A stretch of 42,633 nt of DNA, taken from assembly GCA_937876385.1 (NCBI GenBank), contig CALFHQ010000853.1:1-42633 (forward strand), given 5' to 3'. Positions 1 through 8,266 of this stretch are shown piece after piece. Made by a program: the position numbers and the translations under genes. Numbering within the stretch: position 1 is the first letter of the stretch; every line of letters begins with the position of its first letter. The DNA comes from an uncultured Pseudomonadota bacterium. GTDB lineage: Bacteria > Myxococcota_A > UBA9042 > CAIXZC01. The notes below the pieces were generated by a model. That model saw only the letters and a program-made list of their open reading frames with translations, had not been told where the DNA came from and did no database searches.

Positions 1-1280
1 CCTACGCCGATCCGATGCCCAGCCAGGCCCCATCGGCGCTGCTGATTGCCAACCCGGGGCCCCTCGATGCCCAAGTGGTTGTGACCACTGCGATGAGCGG
101 CACAGAGACGTCCCAGTCGCTTCTGGTTCCTGCCGAGTCAGGAGCCACAGTTGCCTTGGCGTCCGGCGGGCTGGACGGAAGCGGAGTGTTCTCGGATCAT
201 TTCCGGGTTTCAAGCTCGGCTCCCATCTCTGTGGTGCAGATCAACCCGGCCAGCCCTGCGGCATTTGCCAGCGACTCCTCGATGTTGTTGCCGGTGTCCT
301 CGCTGGGGACGGAGTATCTCGTGTCCACCCGGCCGAGCCTTCCGACGTTTACCGCGCCCGGCTTTGACTTTGAACCATTCTTGGGCTATTTCTCTGTGAC
401 TGCGGCAAAGCCGGGCACCACGACGGTGACGGTAACGATTTCTGCGTCTACAGAGCCCCTTGAGGGCTATCCATCCGGCTTGACTCCGGGCACTGCCTAC
501 GAATTCGAGTTGGCCCAATACGAGACCCTCCAGATCCAGGGAAACGGTCATGACATGCCCAACCAACACGACCTTTCGGGGTCGTTTGTGGTGGCTACCC
601 AGCCGGTGGCGGTGTTTGGAGGACACGAAGAGGCAGCGGTTTGCGAGGATTCGGAGACCAGTTGCTGTGCAGATCACCTGGAAGAGCAGCTTCTCCCGCG
701 CCTGTGGTTGGGGGCCAGCTATGTCTGCGCCGGGTCTCCTTTGCGCAGTGCCACGGACAAGGATCTGTGGCAGGTCATTTCCATGACGCATGGAACGACC
801 ATTGTGACGAACCCGCCGGTTCCTGGATTGTCCGGAGTCACATTGGGGGCCGGAGAAGTGGCGTTCGGGTATCATCAGGGGAGCTTTGAATTGACTGCGA
901 CTCATTTGGTGATGGTGATGCAGTTCCTCCAGGGTGGCGAGTGTGCTGGAGCCGACGTGGGGGACCCCTCTCAGGTTCACGGCCTCCCGACTTCGCAGTA
1001 TGGCGTGGAAGTTGCCGTGATGTTGTCGTCGGAGTTCACCGAGCACACCCTGGTGGTGGTTCGACCTGCAGGGGCCACGGTTTGGTTGGATGGGTCGGTT
1101 GTGGCGGATGCGCAGTTTGAACCGGTGGCTTCAGGGAGCTTCGAGGTCGGATACCTCGAGGTGGCGTCCGGCTACCACGGCCTGAAGGGCTCTTCCCCTG
1201 TTGGCGTCTGGGTGTATGGCGATGTGGCGTTTACGGGATACGGGCACCTGGCGGGATTTCGAGCTCAACTATCCAATTGA
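1..1280 (+). CDS. Secreted/surface protein with an IgGFc-binding-like N-terminal-type domain. Probably 5'-partial, because the frame is open to the window edge.
   Basis: The ORF track gives 15..1280, but there is no in-frame stop between position 3 and 15, so it likely continues upstream. Motifs 'QPVAVFGGHEEA', 'CCADHLEEQLLP' and 'LGTEYLV' resemble the bacterial IgGFc_binding domain family. The stop TGA is at 1278-1280. Confidence 0.55.
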   Translation, partial: YADPMPSQAPSALLIANPGPLDAQVVVTTAMSGTETSQSLLVPAESGATVALASGGLDGSGVFSDHFRVSSSAPISVVQINPASPAAFASDSSMLLPVSSLGTEYLVSTRPSLPTFTAPGFDFEPFLGYFSVTAAKPGTTTVTVTISASTEPLEGYPSGLTPGTAYEFELAQYETLQIQGNGHDMPNQHDLSGSFVVATQPVAVFGGHEEAAVCEDSETSCCADHLEEQLLPRLWLGASYVCAGSPLRSATDKDLWQVISMTHGTTIVTNPPVPGLSGVTLGAGEVAFGYHQGSFELTATHLVMVMQFLQGGECAGADVGDPSQVHGLPTSQYGVEVAVMLSSEFTEHTLVVVRPAGATVWLDGSVVADAQFEPVASGSFEVGYLEVASGYHGLKGSSPVGVWVYGDVAFTGYGHLAGFRAQLSN

Positions 1281-2383
1281 CCCATGGAGCGTGACCAGGC
1301 TTCAATGTCCTGGATGTACCCTTCTTCGAAGGTGCGCTGTCCGAATTCGAACCGTCCTTCGTGAAAAAGAGCCACAGTGGCGTCGACGACATCCTTGTCG
1401 TAAAGTTTTCCGCTGTTTTGCATGATCTCATCCAGGGCAAGTTCGGTTCCCCTGGCCGGCCGATAGGGTCGGTGTGAGGACATCGCTTCGACGACGTCTG
1501 CTACGGCCAGGATGCGGCTTTCGGGTCGAATCCGGTCGCTGGTGAGCCCGTCCGGGTAACCACTTCCATCGCATCGTTCGTGGTGCTGTCGAACGATATC
1601 GACGAGGGGCCAGTCGAAGGGGATTCGTCTGAGAATCTCCGCCCCAGCCTCGGCGTGAGTCCGCACGATGGCCATCTCCGACGGGTGCAGGTTGCCTGGT
1701 TTAGCAAGGATCTCGGAGGGTACCGAGATCTTTCCGGTGTCGTGGAGAAGGCCTGCGATGATGAGTCGTTCTTGAATGGCGACGGAGTGATTCATCTGGT
1801 CGGCGATGGCGCTGGCGAGTTCGGCGACTCCCCGTTGATGTCCTGCCGTGAAGGGGTCTCTGGCTTCCACCATGGCGGAGATGGTGTTGATGGTGCCGTC
1901 GAGGATCCGTCGAATGTGTCGGTAGCTGTGGCGCAGATCTGACGTGCGTTGGATCACGGCATCCTGGAGGCGCTCCTTTTCTTTGCGCAGTTCGTCTTCG
2001 GCTCGTTTGATTCTTAGTGCGACGTTGACCTGTGCCACCAACTCGTATTCGTTGAAAGGCTTCGTGAGGAAGGCGTCGGCTCCGGCTTCCAGTCCCCGAA
2101 TTCGGTGTGCCGAGTCGGTGTCGATGGCGGTGACCATGATCACGGGAATATTGCGGGTGGGTTCAGATCGGTCCTTGAGGATCTTGCACACTTCGTAACC
2201 GTCCATTCCCGGCATTCGAACATCGAGGAGGATGCAGTCCGGGCGTTCTCGAAGGGCTGTCTCAATCCCTCGCTTGCCGGAGAGTTCGGTCATGACTTTG
2301 GCACCCGGGAGGAGATTCCGCAGCACGGCTGAGAGTGCGATGAGATTGTCAGGCTTGTCGTCGATGGCCAGGATTCTAGGCAT
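1265..2383 (-). CDS. Response regulator with a REC domain and an HD-GYP c-di-GMP phosphodiesterase domain (RpfG-like).
   Basis: The N-terminal REC domain shows 'ILLDVRMPGMDGYEV' and 'TKPF'. The C-terminal part shows 'LHDTGK' and 'HHERCDGSGYPDGL', which are HD-GYP signatures. The start ATG at 2383 overlaps the upstream kinase stop by 8 nt. Confidence 0.9.
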   Translation of the reverse strand: MPRILAIDDKPDNLIALSAVLRNLLPGAKVMTELSGKRGIETALRERPDCILLDVRMPGMDGYEVCKILKDRSEPTRNIPVIMVTAIDTDSAHRIRGLEAGADAFLTKPFNEYELVAQVNVALRIKRAEDELRKEKERLQDAVIQRTSDLRHSYRHIRRILDGTINTISAMVEARDPFTAGHQRGVAELASAIADQMNHSVAIQERLIIAGLLHDTGKISVPSEILAKPGNLHPSEMAIVRTHAEAGAEILRRIPFDWPLVDIVRQHHERCDGSGYPDGLTSDRIRPESRILAVADVVEAMSSHRPYRPARGTELALDEIMQNSGKLYDKDVVDATVALFHEGRFEFGQRTFEEGYIQDIEAWSRSMGQLDS

Positions 2384-3941
2384 TTGACCTCACGTCAGCG
2401 GGGAGCCAGTGTTCAATCCTTTCTCGAAGTGTATCGACTTCGATGGGCTTGGCCAAGAAGTCGTCGCTTCCGGCCTGCTCCATCTGCTTTCTTGCTTCAT
2501 CCTTGTCTTGTCCGCTCAGAGCGATGATGGGGATGGCGCTGGTGCGGGCGTCGCCCTTCAGGATTCGAGCGACCTGGACGCCGTCCATTCCCGGCAGGGT
2601 GATGTCGAGGAGGACAAGGTCAGGTCGCCGGTCCAGCGCCATATCAATTGCGAGATGTCCGTCGGAAGCTTCGATGAGGCGGTACGAATCACCCAGGATG
2701 GCCCTGACGGTGAACCGATTGTCCGGGTCGTCTTCCACGAGGAGGATCAGGGGGCGATAGGGGGCATCATCCTCGGTGTATTCCTTCGGCTTTGGGGGAA
2801 GTTCAGGGGGCGTGGTTCTGGGCGACTCCAGGGCCTCATCTTCTCCTGGAGCTGGGCGGGTGACCTCCTCACTGAGCCCAATATCCACTTCTCCCCAGTC
2901 TACGAAATCGGCGGAAGCGGTGTCGCTGGTAACATGTGAATGACGCTCAAAGAGCCCGTGGCCGGGGGTTGGTGCTCCCCACTCCAGGGGGAGGCGCAGC
3001 CTGAATCGACTGCCGCTGTCGGGGATGCTCATGACCTCCACAGTTCCGGCCAGGAGTTTCATGGTCTTGGCCACGATGGCGAGGCCCAGCCCCGTTCCTT
3101 CGTAGTGTTTGGAAGCGGTGGAGTCCCCTTGTTGGAATGCGTCGAAGATGGTCGATAGTTCCTCGTTGGGGATCCCCACCCCTGTGTCGATGACGTCGAT
3201 GACGAGTCGGTGTTCGGCGACTCTGGAAGCCACGATGATGTCTCCCTGGTTGGTGAACTTGATGGCGTTGTCCACGAGGCACTCGAGAACTCGTCCGATG
3301 CGTTCTGGATCGGAGACAATTCCCGGGAGGTCTGGATCGAACTCTGTTTTCAGGTTCAATCCTTTCTTCTGAGCTTCCGAGGCCTTCCTCTCCACCACGG
3401 ACTGGGCAACGTCGGGGACGTTGAACAGTCTAGGTCGGGCTTCCAGGGTGCCGGCTTCCAGTTTCGCCAGTTCGAAGATGTCGGTGATGAGGGTCAGCAG
3501 TCGCCGGCCGTTTCGTTCGATGATCTCCAGGAACTCCAGATTCTCCTTGTCTGCCCCGATCCCTTCTTTACGCAGGAGGACTCTGGACAGTGAGAGGATG
3601 GAATTCAACGGGGTGCGCAGTTCGTGGCTCATGTTGGCCAGGAACTCGCTCTTGAGCCGGTTGGATTGTTCCACCTGCCCCTTCTGGAGGTCCAACTCAA
3701 TGTTCTGCCGCTCCAAAGCGAGGGTGAGGGCCTCGGCCTGGGATTTTCTTCGCTCGTTGGTTCGCCTGAGTTTCTCGGCGAGTTGTCGTGTTTCTTCGTT
3801 CATCTTGAAGTTGGCCACCACTGTGGTGACCACCTGCCAGGTTCGTTCGACGATGTCCAGGGCCTGCTCGGACAGGGGTGCGAAGGAGCCCAACACGACG
3901 ATGCTGTCGACCTCTCCGTCGATGAGGATTGGGAGGGTCAA
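2376..3941 (-). CDS. Hybrid sensor histidine kinase, C-terminal fragment: end of GAF, HisKA, HATPase_c and REC. It is the downstream part of a frameshifted gene.
   Basis: The H-box is 'SHELRTPLN'. The N/G boxes are 'DNAIKFT' and 'DTGVGI...GTGLGLAI'. The C-terminal REC shows 'LLDITLPGMDG' and 'AKP'. The reading frame stays open upstream of the listed TTG and encodes GAF-like sequence ('DTAFRFSTILGDAPISELL'). Confidence 0.85.
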   Translation of the reverse strand: MTLPILIDGEVDSIVVLGSFAPLSEQALDIVERTWQVVTTVVANFKMNEETRQLAEKLRRTNERRKSQAEALTLALERQNIELDLQKGQVEQSNRLKSEFLANMSHELRTPLNSILSLSRVLLRKEGIGADKENLEFLEIIERNGRRLLTLITDIFELAKLEAGTLEARPRLFNVPDVAQSVVERKASEAQKKGLNLKTEFDPDLPGIVSDPERIGRVLECLVDNAIKFTNQGDIIVASRVAEHRLVIDVIDTGVGIPNEELSTIFDAFQQGDSTASKHYEGTGLGLAIVAKTMKLLAGTVEVMSIPDSGSRFRLRLPLEWGAPTPGHGLFERHSHVTSDTASADFVDWGEVDIGLSEEVTRPAPGEDEALESPRTTPPELPPKPKEYTEDDAPYRPLILLVEDDPDNRFTVRAILGDSYRLIEASDGHLAIDMALDRRPDLVLLDITLPGMDGVQVARILKGDARTSAIPIIALSGQDKDEARKQMEQAGSDDFLAKPIEVDTLRERIEHWLPADVRSNA

Positions 3942-4603
3942 CAGTTCACTGATGGGTGCGTCACCCAGGATGGTTGAGAAGCGGAAGGCGGTGTCGGGGG
4001 GATGTCTTTGGTGTGGGTCGGCTTGCGGGTCAAGACGGGGACGCCGAACTGGCCTTCCAACCCTTCGCTATCGAACTCCCGAAGCATCTCTGTGTTCACC
4101 CCAACTGAGGCCACCGGTCTGAACCGTTCCGCCTCATCATATCCTTTGTCTCGCACATAGCAGGTGCCCAGGACGCTCCCCGTGAGAGTTGTCATTTGTT
4201 CCAGGAGGGAAGACCAGAATTGCTCAAAGCTGCGGGAGGAGACGATGGTCTCGATGAGCTGCTTTTCCCCTTGTTGGGCCACAAGCTCTCGTTGCAGCGC
4301 TTCAGCCAGGCGGTTGAACGCCTGTCCCAGCGCTGCCAACTCCTGACTCCCCGCTTCCGGGCATCTGGCGCCGATGTCTCCCTGCGCCTGTCGTCGTGCT
4401 GTGTGGATGATCGTGGCGATGGGGCGACTGATTCGTTGTGTGATGAGGTAAGAGAGGACCAGGGTTACGAAGGCGCCGATGACAAAGATGGGGAGTTGGT
4501 GTTCAGGGAGCGCTACCGCCAGGAGGATCCACGAAACGGTGGGTGCTCCTGCGATCCACAGGAAAAGTGGGTATCGTAGGCCGGTTAAGCTGCCGCTGCG
4601 CAT
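3938..4603 (-). CDS. Sensor kinase N-terminal fragment: 2 TM segments, HAMP and the start of GAF. It belongs to the same gene as 2376..3941 and is separated from it by a 1-nt frameshift.
   Basis: TM helices are followed by a HAMP-like segment 'RISRPIATIIHTARRQAQGDIG...LAALGQAFNRLAEAL'. The SD GGGAGG lies just upstream of ATG 4603. The frame is lost at the C6 run (plus-strand G6, 3996-4001). Confidence 0.8.
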   Translation of the reverse strand: MRSGSLTGLRYPLFLWIAGAPTVSWILLAVALPEHQLPIFVIGAFVTLVLSYLITQRISRPIATIIHTARRQAQGDIGARCPEAGSQELAALGQAFNRLAEALQRELVAQQGEKQLIETIVSSRSFEQFWSSLLEQMTTLTGSVLGTCYVRDKGYDEAERFRPVASVGVNTEMLREFDSEGLEGQFGVPVLTRKPTHTKDIPPTPPSASQPSWVTHPSVNC

Positions 4604-4696
4604 AGTTCCTCCCTTGGGATGGCAAACCTGTCCCTATGTTGCCACGCTAGCAGGGGCGGGGCGGTTGTCAATTATCCCCTCTCGCGTGACTTTGGT

Positions 4697-4726
4697 TTGA
4701 TTTCCAGGGAGGGTTTAGCGTATCAT
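4697..4726 (+). promoter_or_regulatory. Candidate sigma70-type promoter (TTGATT-N18-TATCAT) that would yield a leaderless or near-leaderless transcript for the sulfatase-like gene.
   Basis: TTGATT is at 4697-4702 and TATCAT at 4721-4726. ATG 4735 lies 9 nt after the -10 element and has no SD in the usual window. This is a motif match only. Confidence 0.25.
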
Positions 4727-4734
4727 CCGACGCC

Positions 4735-6840
4735 ATGTTTGACTTGTGGGCATTCTTCTTAGCTGGCTGTGTTACCGGGCTTGTGGAGGTCATCGGGCTT
4801 CTCTATCAAGCTCGAACGGTGAATTTTGCGCTGGCCACGCTCCTGCTGCATGTTGTGCTCCTGCTGTCATTTCTCGGCCTGCTCCTCGGGGGACTTCTGG
4901 CGGCTCTTCGCCGGGTTGTCTCCAAAGTTACACCGGACGGCGCGCTGGCACCCTACGCCTTATCAGGAATGGTTTTTCTGGGCCTCTTCGTCCCCCTGAC
5001 CATTCGAATTGTGCAAAAGGACTTTCAGAACCCCATCCTTTTGTCCACGTTGTTGGGCGTAGTGGCGTTGGTTTGCGCTGTGGTCGCAGGTGGGGGGCTG
5101 CTGGGGATCTTCCACCTTCGCAAGCGGTTCCCTCGGGGCGAACCGGTGTGGGGGCTGCTGGGGATGGCCGCCGTGGCGATGGGCTACTGGCTGTTGCGAG
5201 GAGAAATCGCCAAGCTGGATTTCCCCTTCCTGGGGTCATTCAATGCCCTTGTGGCCATGGGAGCGGTTTACTCGTACGCCTTACGACTTCCCTTGCTGGA
5301 ACCCGTTGCGGCGGTTCTGGGGCGCAGGCGCCATCTGTGGCTCTTTGCTGCCATCGCTGCGGCCAACGTCGTGTTTGTCTTTCTTCCCCATGTCGAACCC
5401 ACCCACGCACGGGCTTTGGACCAGGGGGCTCCCCTCACTGGGCTGCTCTTCTCCGAATTGGGGGATGTCACTGACTGGGACGGCGACGGGTTCTCGAATA
5501 TCCTGGGCGGAGGAGATTGCCAGCCTTTTGACGGCTCTGTTCACCCCGGGGCATTGGATTATCCCAGCAACGGCATCGACGAGAACTGTGACGGCAGGGA
5601 CGCCACTCCAGAAGATCTGATTTCCCTCGAGCCCCCTCAGTATTTCGATGCACCGCTTCCAAGACCCATGAACGTCATCCTCATTTCGGTGGATGCACTG
5701 CGCCGAGACCATCTGGGGGTGTACGGCTACCACCGAAACACAACCCCAAACATTGATCGGATTGCAGAGCAATCCACCCGGTTCAAGAACTCCTTTGCCC
5801 ATTCTTCGAGGACCCTCTATTCCCTATCGGGATTCTTGTACGGAGTCCCCATTAACATTGTCCAGTGGGAACCACGCCCGAAAAAGCAGATTGCGTTGCC
5901 GGAGGACCTGGTGGGGATTCCCACCGTGCTTCGATCCATCGGAGTCCACACCGTGGCGCTTCTTGATTGTTTCCGAATCTTCAAGTTGAAGTTCGGTCTC
6001 GACAAGGACTTTGACGATTACGACACCCAGTCGGTGTGTGTGTCCACCTATCAGCCGAAGGTCAAGAAGGCAGCGGAGCGAACTCGTGCGGCCATTCGAA
6101 AACTGAAGAAGATTACAGGCAAGCGAAAATCGGAGCCTTTCTTCTTGTGGATCCACTATCTGGAGCCCCACGCTCCCTACCGAAGCATGCCTGGCTCTCC
6201 CAACTTCGGCAAAGAGGCGATGGATCGGTATGATTCCACAGTACACTACACCGACAAGGCCATAGGCGACTTGTGGGACTACCTGGAAGATTCGGGGTTG
6301 AGCCGGAACACGGCGGTGATCATTACCGGCGATCATGGGGACGAATTCAAGGAGCACGGCCGCCGATACCATGGCAAGACGCTATACAACGAGACCATCG
6401 GCGTGCCGCTCATTGTCTACATGCCGGGAGTCGCTCCACAGGTCAGCGAGATTCCGGTAAGCCACCTCGACATTCCGCCGACGATTCTCAACATCTTCCG
6501 TGTGCCCCAGGAAAAGTGGCCTCGACTCTACGGTCGAAACTTGTTGCCAACAATCTTCGGTCTTCCACCCCGAGGAGACGAGTTCACCTTCTCCATTCAC
6601 GCCGAGAAGCGGAAGTTCAAGACGGTGGACCTGGCCCTCATTCAACCCCCGTGGGTGATGATTTCAAAGCCCCGCAAGCGCTCCTACGAGCTGTACAGAA
6701 TCGACGAGGATTATCTGGAAAGCAACGATCTGTATGAACCGGGCACCGAAATTTCCGACGAGTTCAAGCTGAAAGTCGACCGTCTCATGCAGTTTCTTGA
6801 GTTGGAAAAGGCAAAAGCAAAGGCGGAAGCGAACCGCTAG
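4735..6840 (+). CDS. Polytopic membrane protein with a C-terminal sulfatase-like (alkaline-phosphatase superfamily) domain and an inserted MopE-like Cys/Asp-rich motif.
   Basis: The N-terminal ~230 aa are hydrophobic and multi-TM. The sulfatase core shows 'VILISVDALRRDHLGVYGY..TPNIDRIA' and 'ITGDHGDEFKEHGRRYHGKTLYNETIGVPLIVYMPG'. The motif 'DWDGDGFS...GGGDCQPFDGSVHPGALDYPSNGIDENCDGRD' lies between the TM region and the catalytic domain. Confidence 0.8.
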   Translation: MFDLWAFFLAGCVTGLVEVIGLLYQARTVNFALATLLLHVVLLLSFLGLLLGGLLAALRRVVSKVTPDGALAPYALSGMVFLGLFVPLTIRIVQKDFQNPILLSTLLGVVALVCAVVAGGGLLGIFHLRKRFPRGEPVWGLLGMAAVAMGYWLLRGEIAKLDFPFLGSFNALVAMGAVYSYALRLPLLEPVAAVLGRRRHLWLFAAIAAANVVFVFLPHVEPTHARALDQGAPLTGLLFSELGDVTDWDGDGFSNILGGGDCQPFDGSVHPGALDYPSNGIDENCDGRDATPEDLISLEPPQYFDAPLPRPMNVILISVDALRRDHLGVYGYHRNTTPNIDRIAEQSTRFKNSFAHSSRTLYSLSGFLYGVPINIVQWEPRPKKQIALPEDLVGIPTVLRSIGVHTVALLDCFRIFKLKFGLDKDFDDYDTQSVCVSTYQPKVKKAAERTRAAIRKLKKITGKRKSEPFFLWIHYLEPHAPYRSMPGSPNFGKEAMDRYDSTVHYTDKAIGDLWDYLEDSGLSRNTAVIITGDHGDEFKEHGRRYHGKTLYNETIGVPLIVYMPGVAPQVSEIPVSHLDIPPTILNIFRVPQEKWPRLYGRNLLPTIFGLPPRGDEFTFSIHAEKRKFKTVDLALIQPPWVMISKPRKRSYELYRIDEDYLESNDLYEPGTEISDEFKLKVDRLMQFLELEKAKAKAEANR

Positions 6841-7241
6841 CGTCGAATCTTGAGCTTCTCACGCAGAAGCTTCCCCCATCCAGCAGAGAACTCCGCCGTG
6901 TGCCGCCGCTTCCCGGAATGGCCCCCGGAGAGTCTCCGGCTCCACCCAAGGGTGAGGCGAGACAACAGCTCCTCCATGTCCACCAAGGGGGCAGACCGGT
7001 GGGGAGGTTCCCGACGAGGTTCCGGCGTGGGAAGCGGGCGTGCAGCCCTTCTCGGGGGAACGTTCATGTCTCGTTTGAGGGATATGGCCTGAGTGGGGCA
7101 GCTTGATATGCAGGCTCCGCATTCCATGCAAGTTTCTTCGTTGACTACGGGGATGCCTTCCATTCGGATGGCGTCGATGGGACAGAAGGATGCACACGCA
7201 CCACATCGAGTGCACTGAGGCTCGTTTATCAGAATCGGCAT
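6837..7241 (-). CDS. 2x[4Fe-4S] ferredoxin-domain protein with a basic/Pro-rich C-terminal tail.
   Basis: There are two CxxCxxCxxxCP motifs, 'CTRCGACASFCP' and 'CMECGACISSCP'. The start was moved to ATG 7241 ('MPILINE'), with AAGGAG upstream; the track ORF runs to 7328. The 3' end overlaps the convergent sulfatase-like gene by 4 nt. Confidence 0.8.
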   Translation of the reverse strand: MPILINEPQCTRCGACASFCPIDAIRMEGIPVVNEETCMECGACISSCPTQAISLKRDMNVPPRRAARPLPTPEPRREPPHRSAPLVDMEELLSRLTLGWSRRLSGGHSGKRRHTAEFSAGWGKLLREKLKIRR

Positions 7242-7343
7242 GGCGTTGAATTGCTCCTTCGTCGGTGAAGGCGTCTCATTGTGGGACGCGTCGTCGTTCA
7301 AGGTGGAGAAAGGCAGGACGAAAGTCAAGGTGGAAGGGGGAAA

Positions 7344-7652
7344 CTACCCCTCGGTGGTCTCTGTGCCGCTCTTTGCGATGAGGGATTCCACGTATTCCAA
7401 TTCCCCTTTGAGCCGTTTGGCTTCTGCCTCCAGGGCTGCTCGGGTGTCCCGAATCGGCTCTTCAAAGGCCAAAGTTCGGTTTTCCGAGCGCCACCCGCAA
7501 CGCAAGCGATTGCGCTGGTTCTCTCCATCGCCCCGTCCTCGTCCTTGTCCTCTCCCGCCTCGTGGGGCGTCAGCCATTCCGCCACATCGGCCTTTCCTTC
7601 CACCGGTCATCGGTCCCGATCCGGTGGGACCGGTTCTATCGTATCCGGGCAT
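7344..7652 (-). CDS. DUF5320-like small protein with a Gly/Arg-rich N-terminal half and a C-terminal coiled coil.
   Basis: The N-terminus 'MPGYDRTGPTGSGPMTGG' and the 'GRGQGRGRG' tract match my memory of the DUF5320 family. The C-terminus 'ALEAEAKRLKGELEYVESLI' looks like a coiled coil. A strong SD AGGAG lies 5 nt upstream of ATG 7652; the track ORF runs to 7781. Confidence 0.7.
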   Translation of the reverse strand: MPGYDRTGPTGSGPMTGGRKGRCGGMADAPRGGRGQGRGRGDGENQRNRLRCGWRSENRTLAFEEPIRDTRAALEAEAKRLKGELEYVESLIAKSGTETTEG

Positions 7653-8107
7653 TGGGTCTCCTGGGTTTCGATTTCTAGGTTTGCTTGCCGTCTTCTTGTG
7701 CGTCGTTGAAAAGGCCTCCCGGCTCCCTCTCCGTTGGTGCAGCTTCCACGTCGCCGTCGCCCTTGTTGGCCTGGAACGCAACCCGGCATCCGAAAGATGG
7801 GGTCGTCGATGCGTCCATCAGCCACCGCCTGCAACACCTGAGAGAGGGAGCCGGAGACATGAGGTTGAACATCAATTTCAGCATCGATGAGCATTTCCCA
7901 GAGGGGACTAGAAATTGCACCACAAACCAGAAACTCGATGTTCAACTCAGATAAGCGAGTGACTCGGGAACTCTCCGACCGCTCCCCAAACTCCTCCACC
8001 GTCCAATCTCCCCACCGCTTCCACGGTACCTCCACGACCAGCACCTGCCGGGCCACGTCGAACACCGGAGAGACCCTTCCACGCCAGATGGCGACCGCCA
8101 CTCGCAC
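7607..8107 (-). CDS. NifX/NifB-C-terminal-like (dinitrogenase FeMo-cofactor-binding fold) small protein.
   Basis: 'MRVAVAIWRGRVSPVFDVARQVLVVEV', 'FLVCGAIS' and 'FRMPGC' followed by an Arg/Gly-rich tail are typical of stand-alone Nitro_FeMo-Co family proteins. The start is GTG 8107, with GAGGAGG 8 nt upstream. Confidence 0.75.
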   Translation of the reverse strand: MRVAVAIWRGRVSPVFDVARQVLVVEVPWKRWGDWTVEEFGERSESSRVTRLSELNIEFLVCGAISSPLWEMLIDAEIDVQPHVSGSLSQVLQAVADGRIDDPIFRMPGCVPGQQGRRRRGSCTNGEGAGRPFQRRTRRRQANLEIETQETQCPDTIEPVPPDRDR

Positions 8108-8142
8108 TCATACCACCTCCTCAAAGACACGTGACCCATTAG

Positions 8143-8158
8143 TGCATGGGGCGTGCCA
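8143..8158 (-). promoter_or_regulatory. Sigma54 (RpoN) -24/-12 promoter.
   Basis: The minus strand reads TGGCACGCCCCATGCA, against the consensus TGGCACG-N4-TTGCW. GG and GC have exactly the canonical spacing. The element lies 35 nt upstream of GTG 8107 and directly downstream of a sigma54 activator gene. Confidence 0.6.
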
Positions 8159-8266
8159 CCGCATCACGAAATTGTCGTTGAGTCTCGTAACTGTCTAAAA
8201 CGAAAGGAATATGGTTTGTTGCTGGGTGTCAGCCACGCGCCTGCAGCGGCGGGTAGTGGCGCAGTG

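Noticed and set aside
4735-4775. 'FFLAGC' near the N-terminus of the sulfatase-like protein, considered as a lipobox.
   Set aside because: The Cys is at residue 12, with no positively charged n-region and a too-short h-region. The segment continues into a multi-TM domain, so it is more likely part of the first transmembrane helix.
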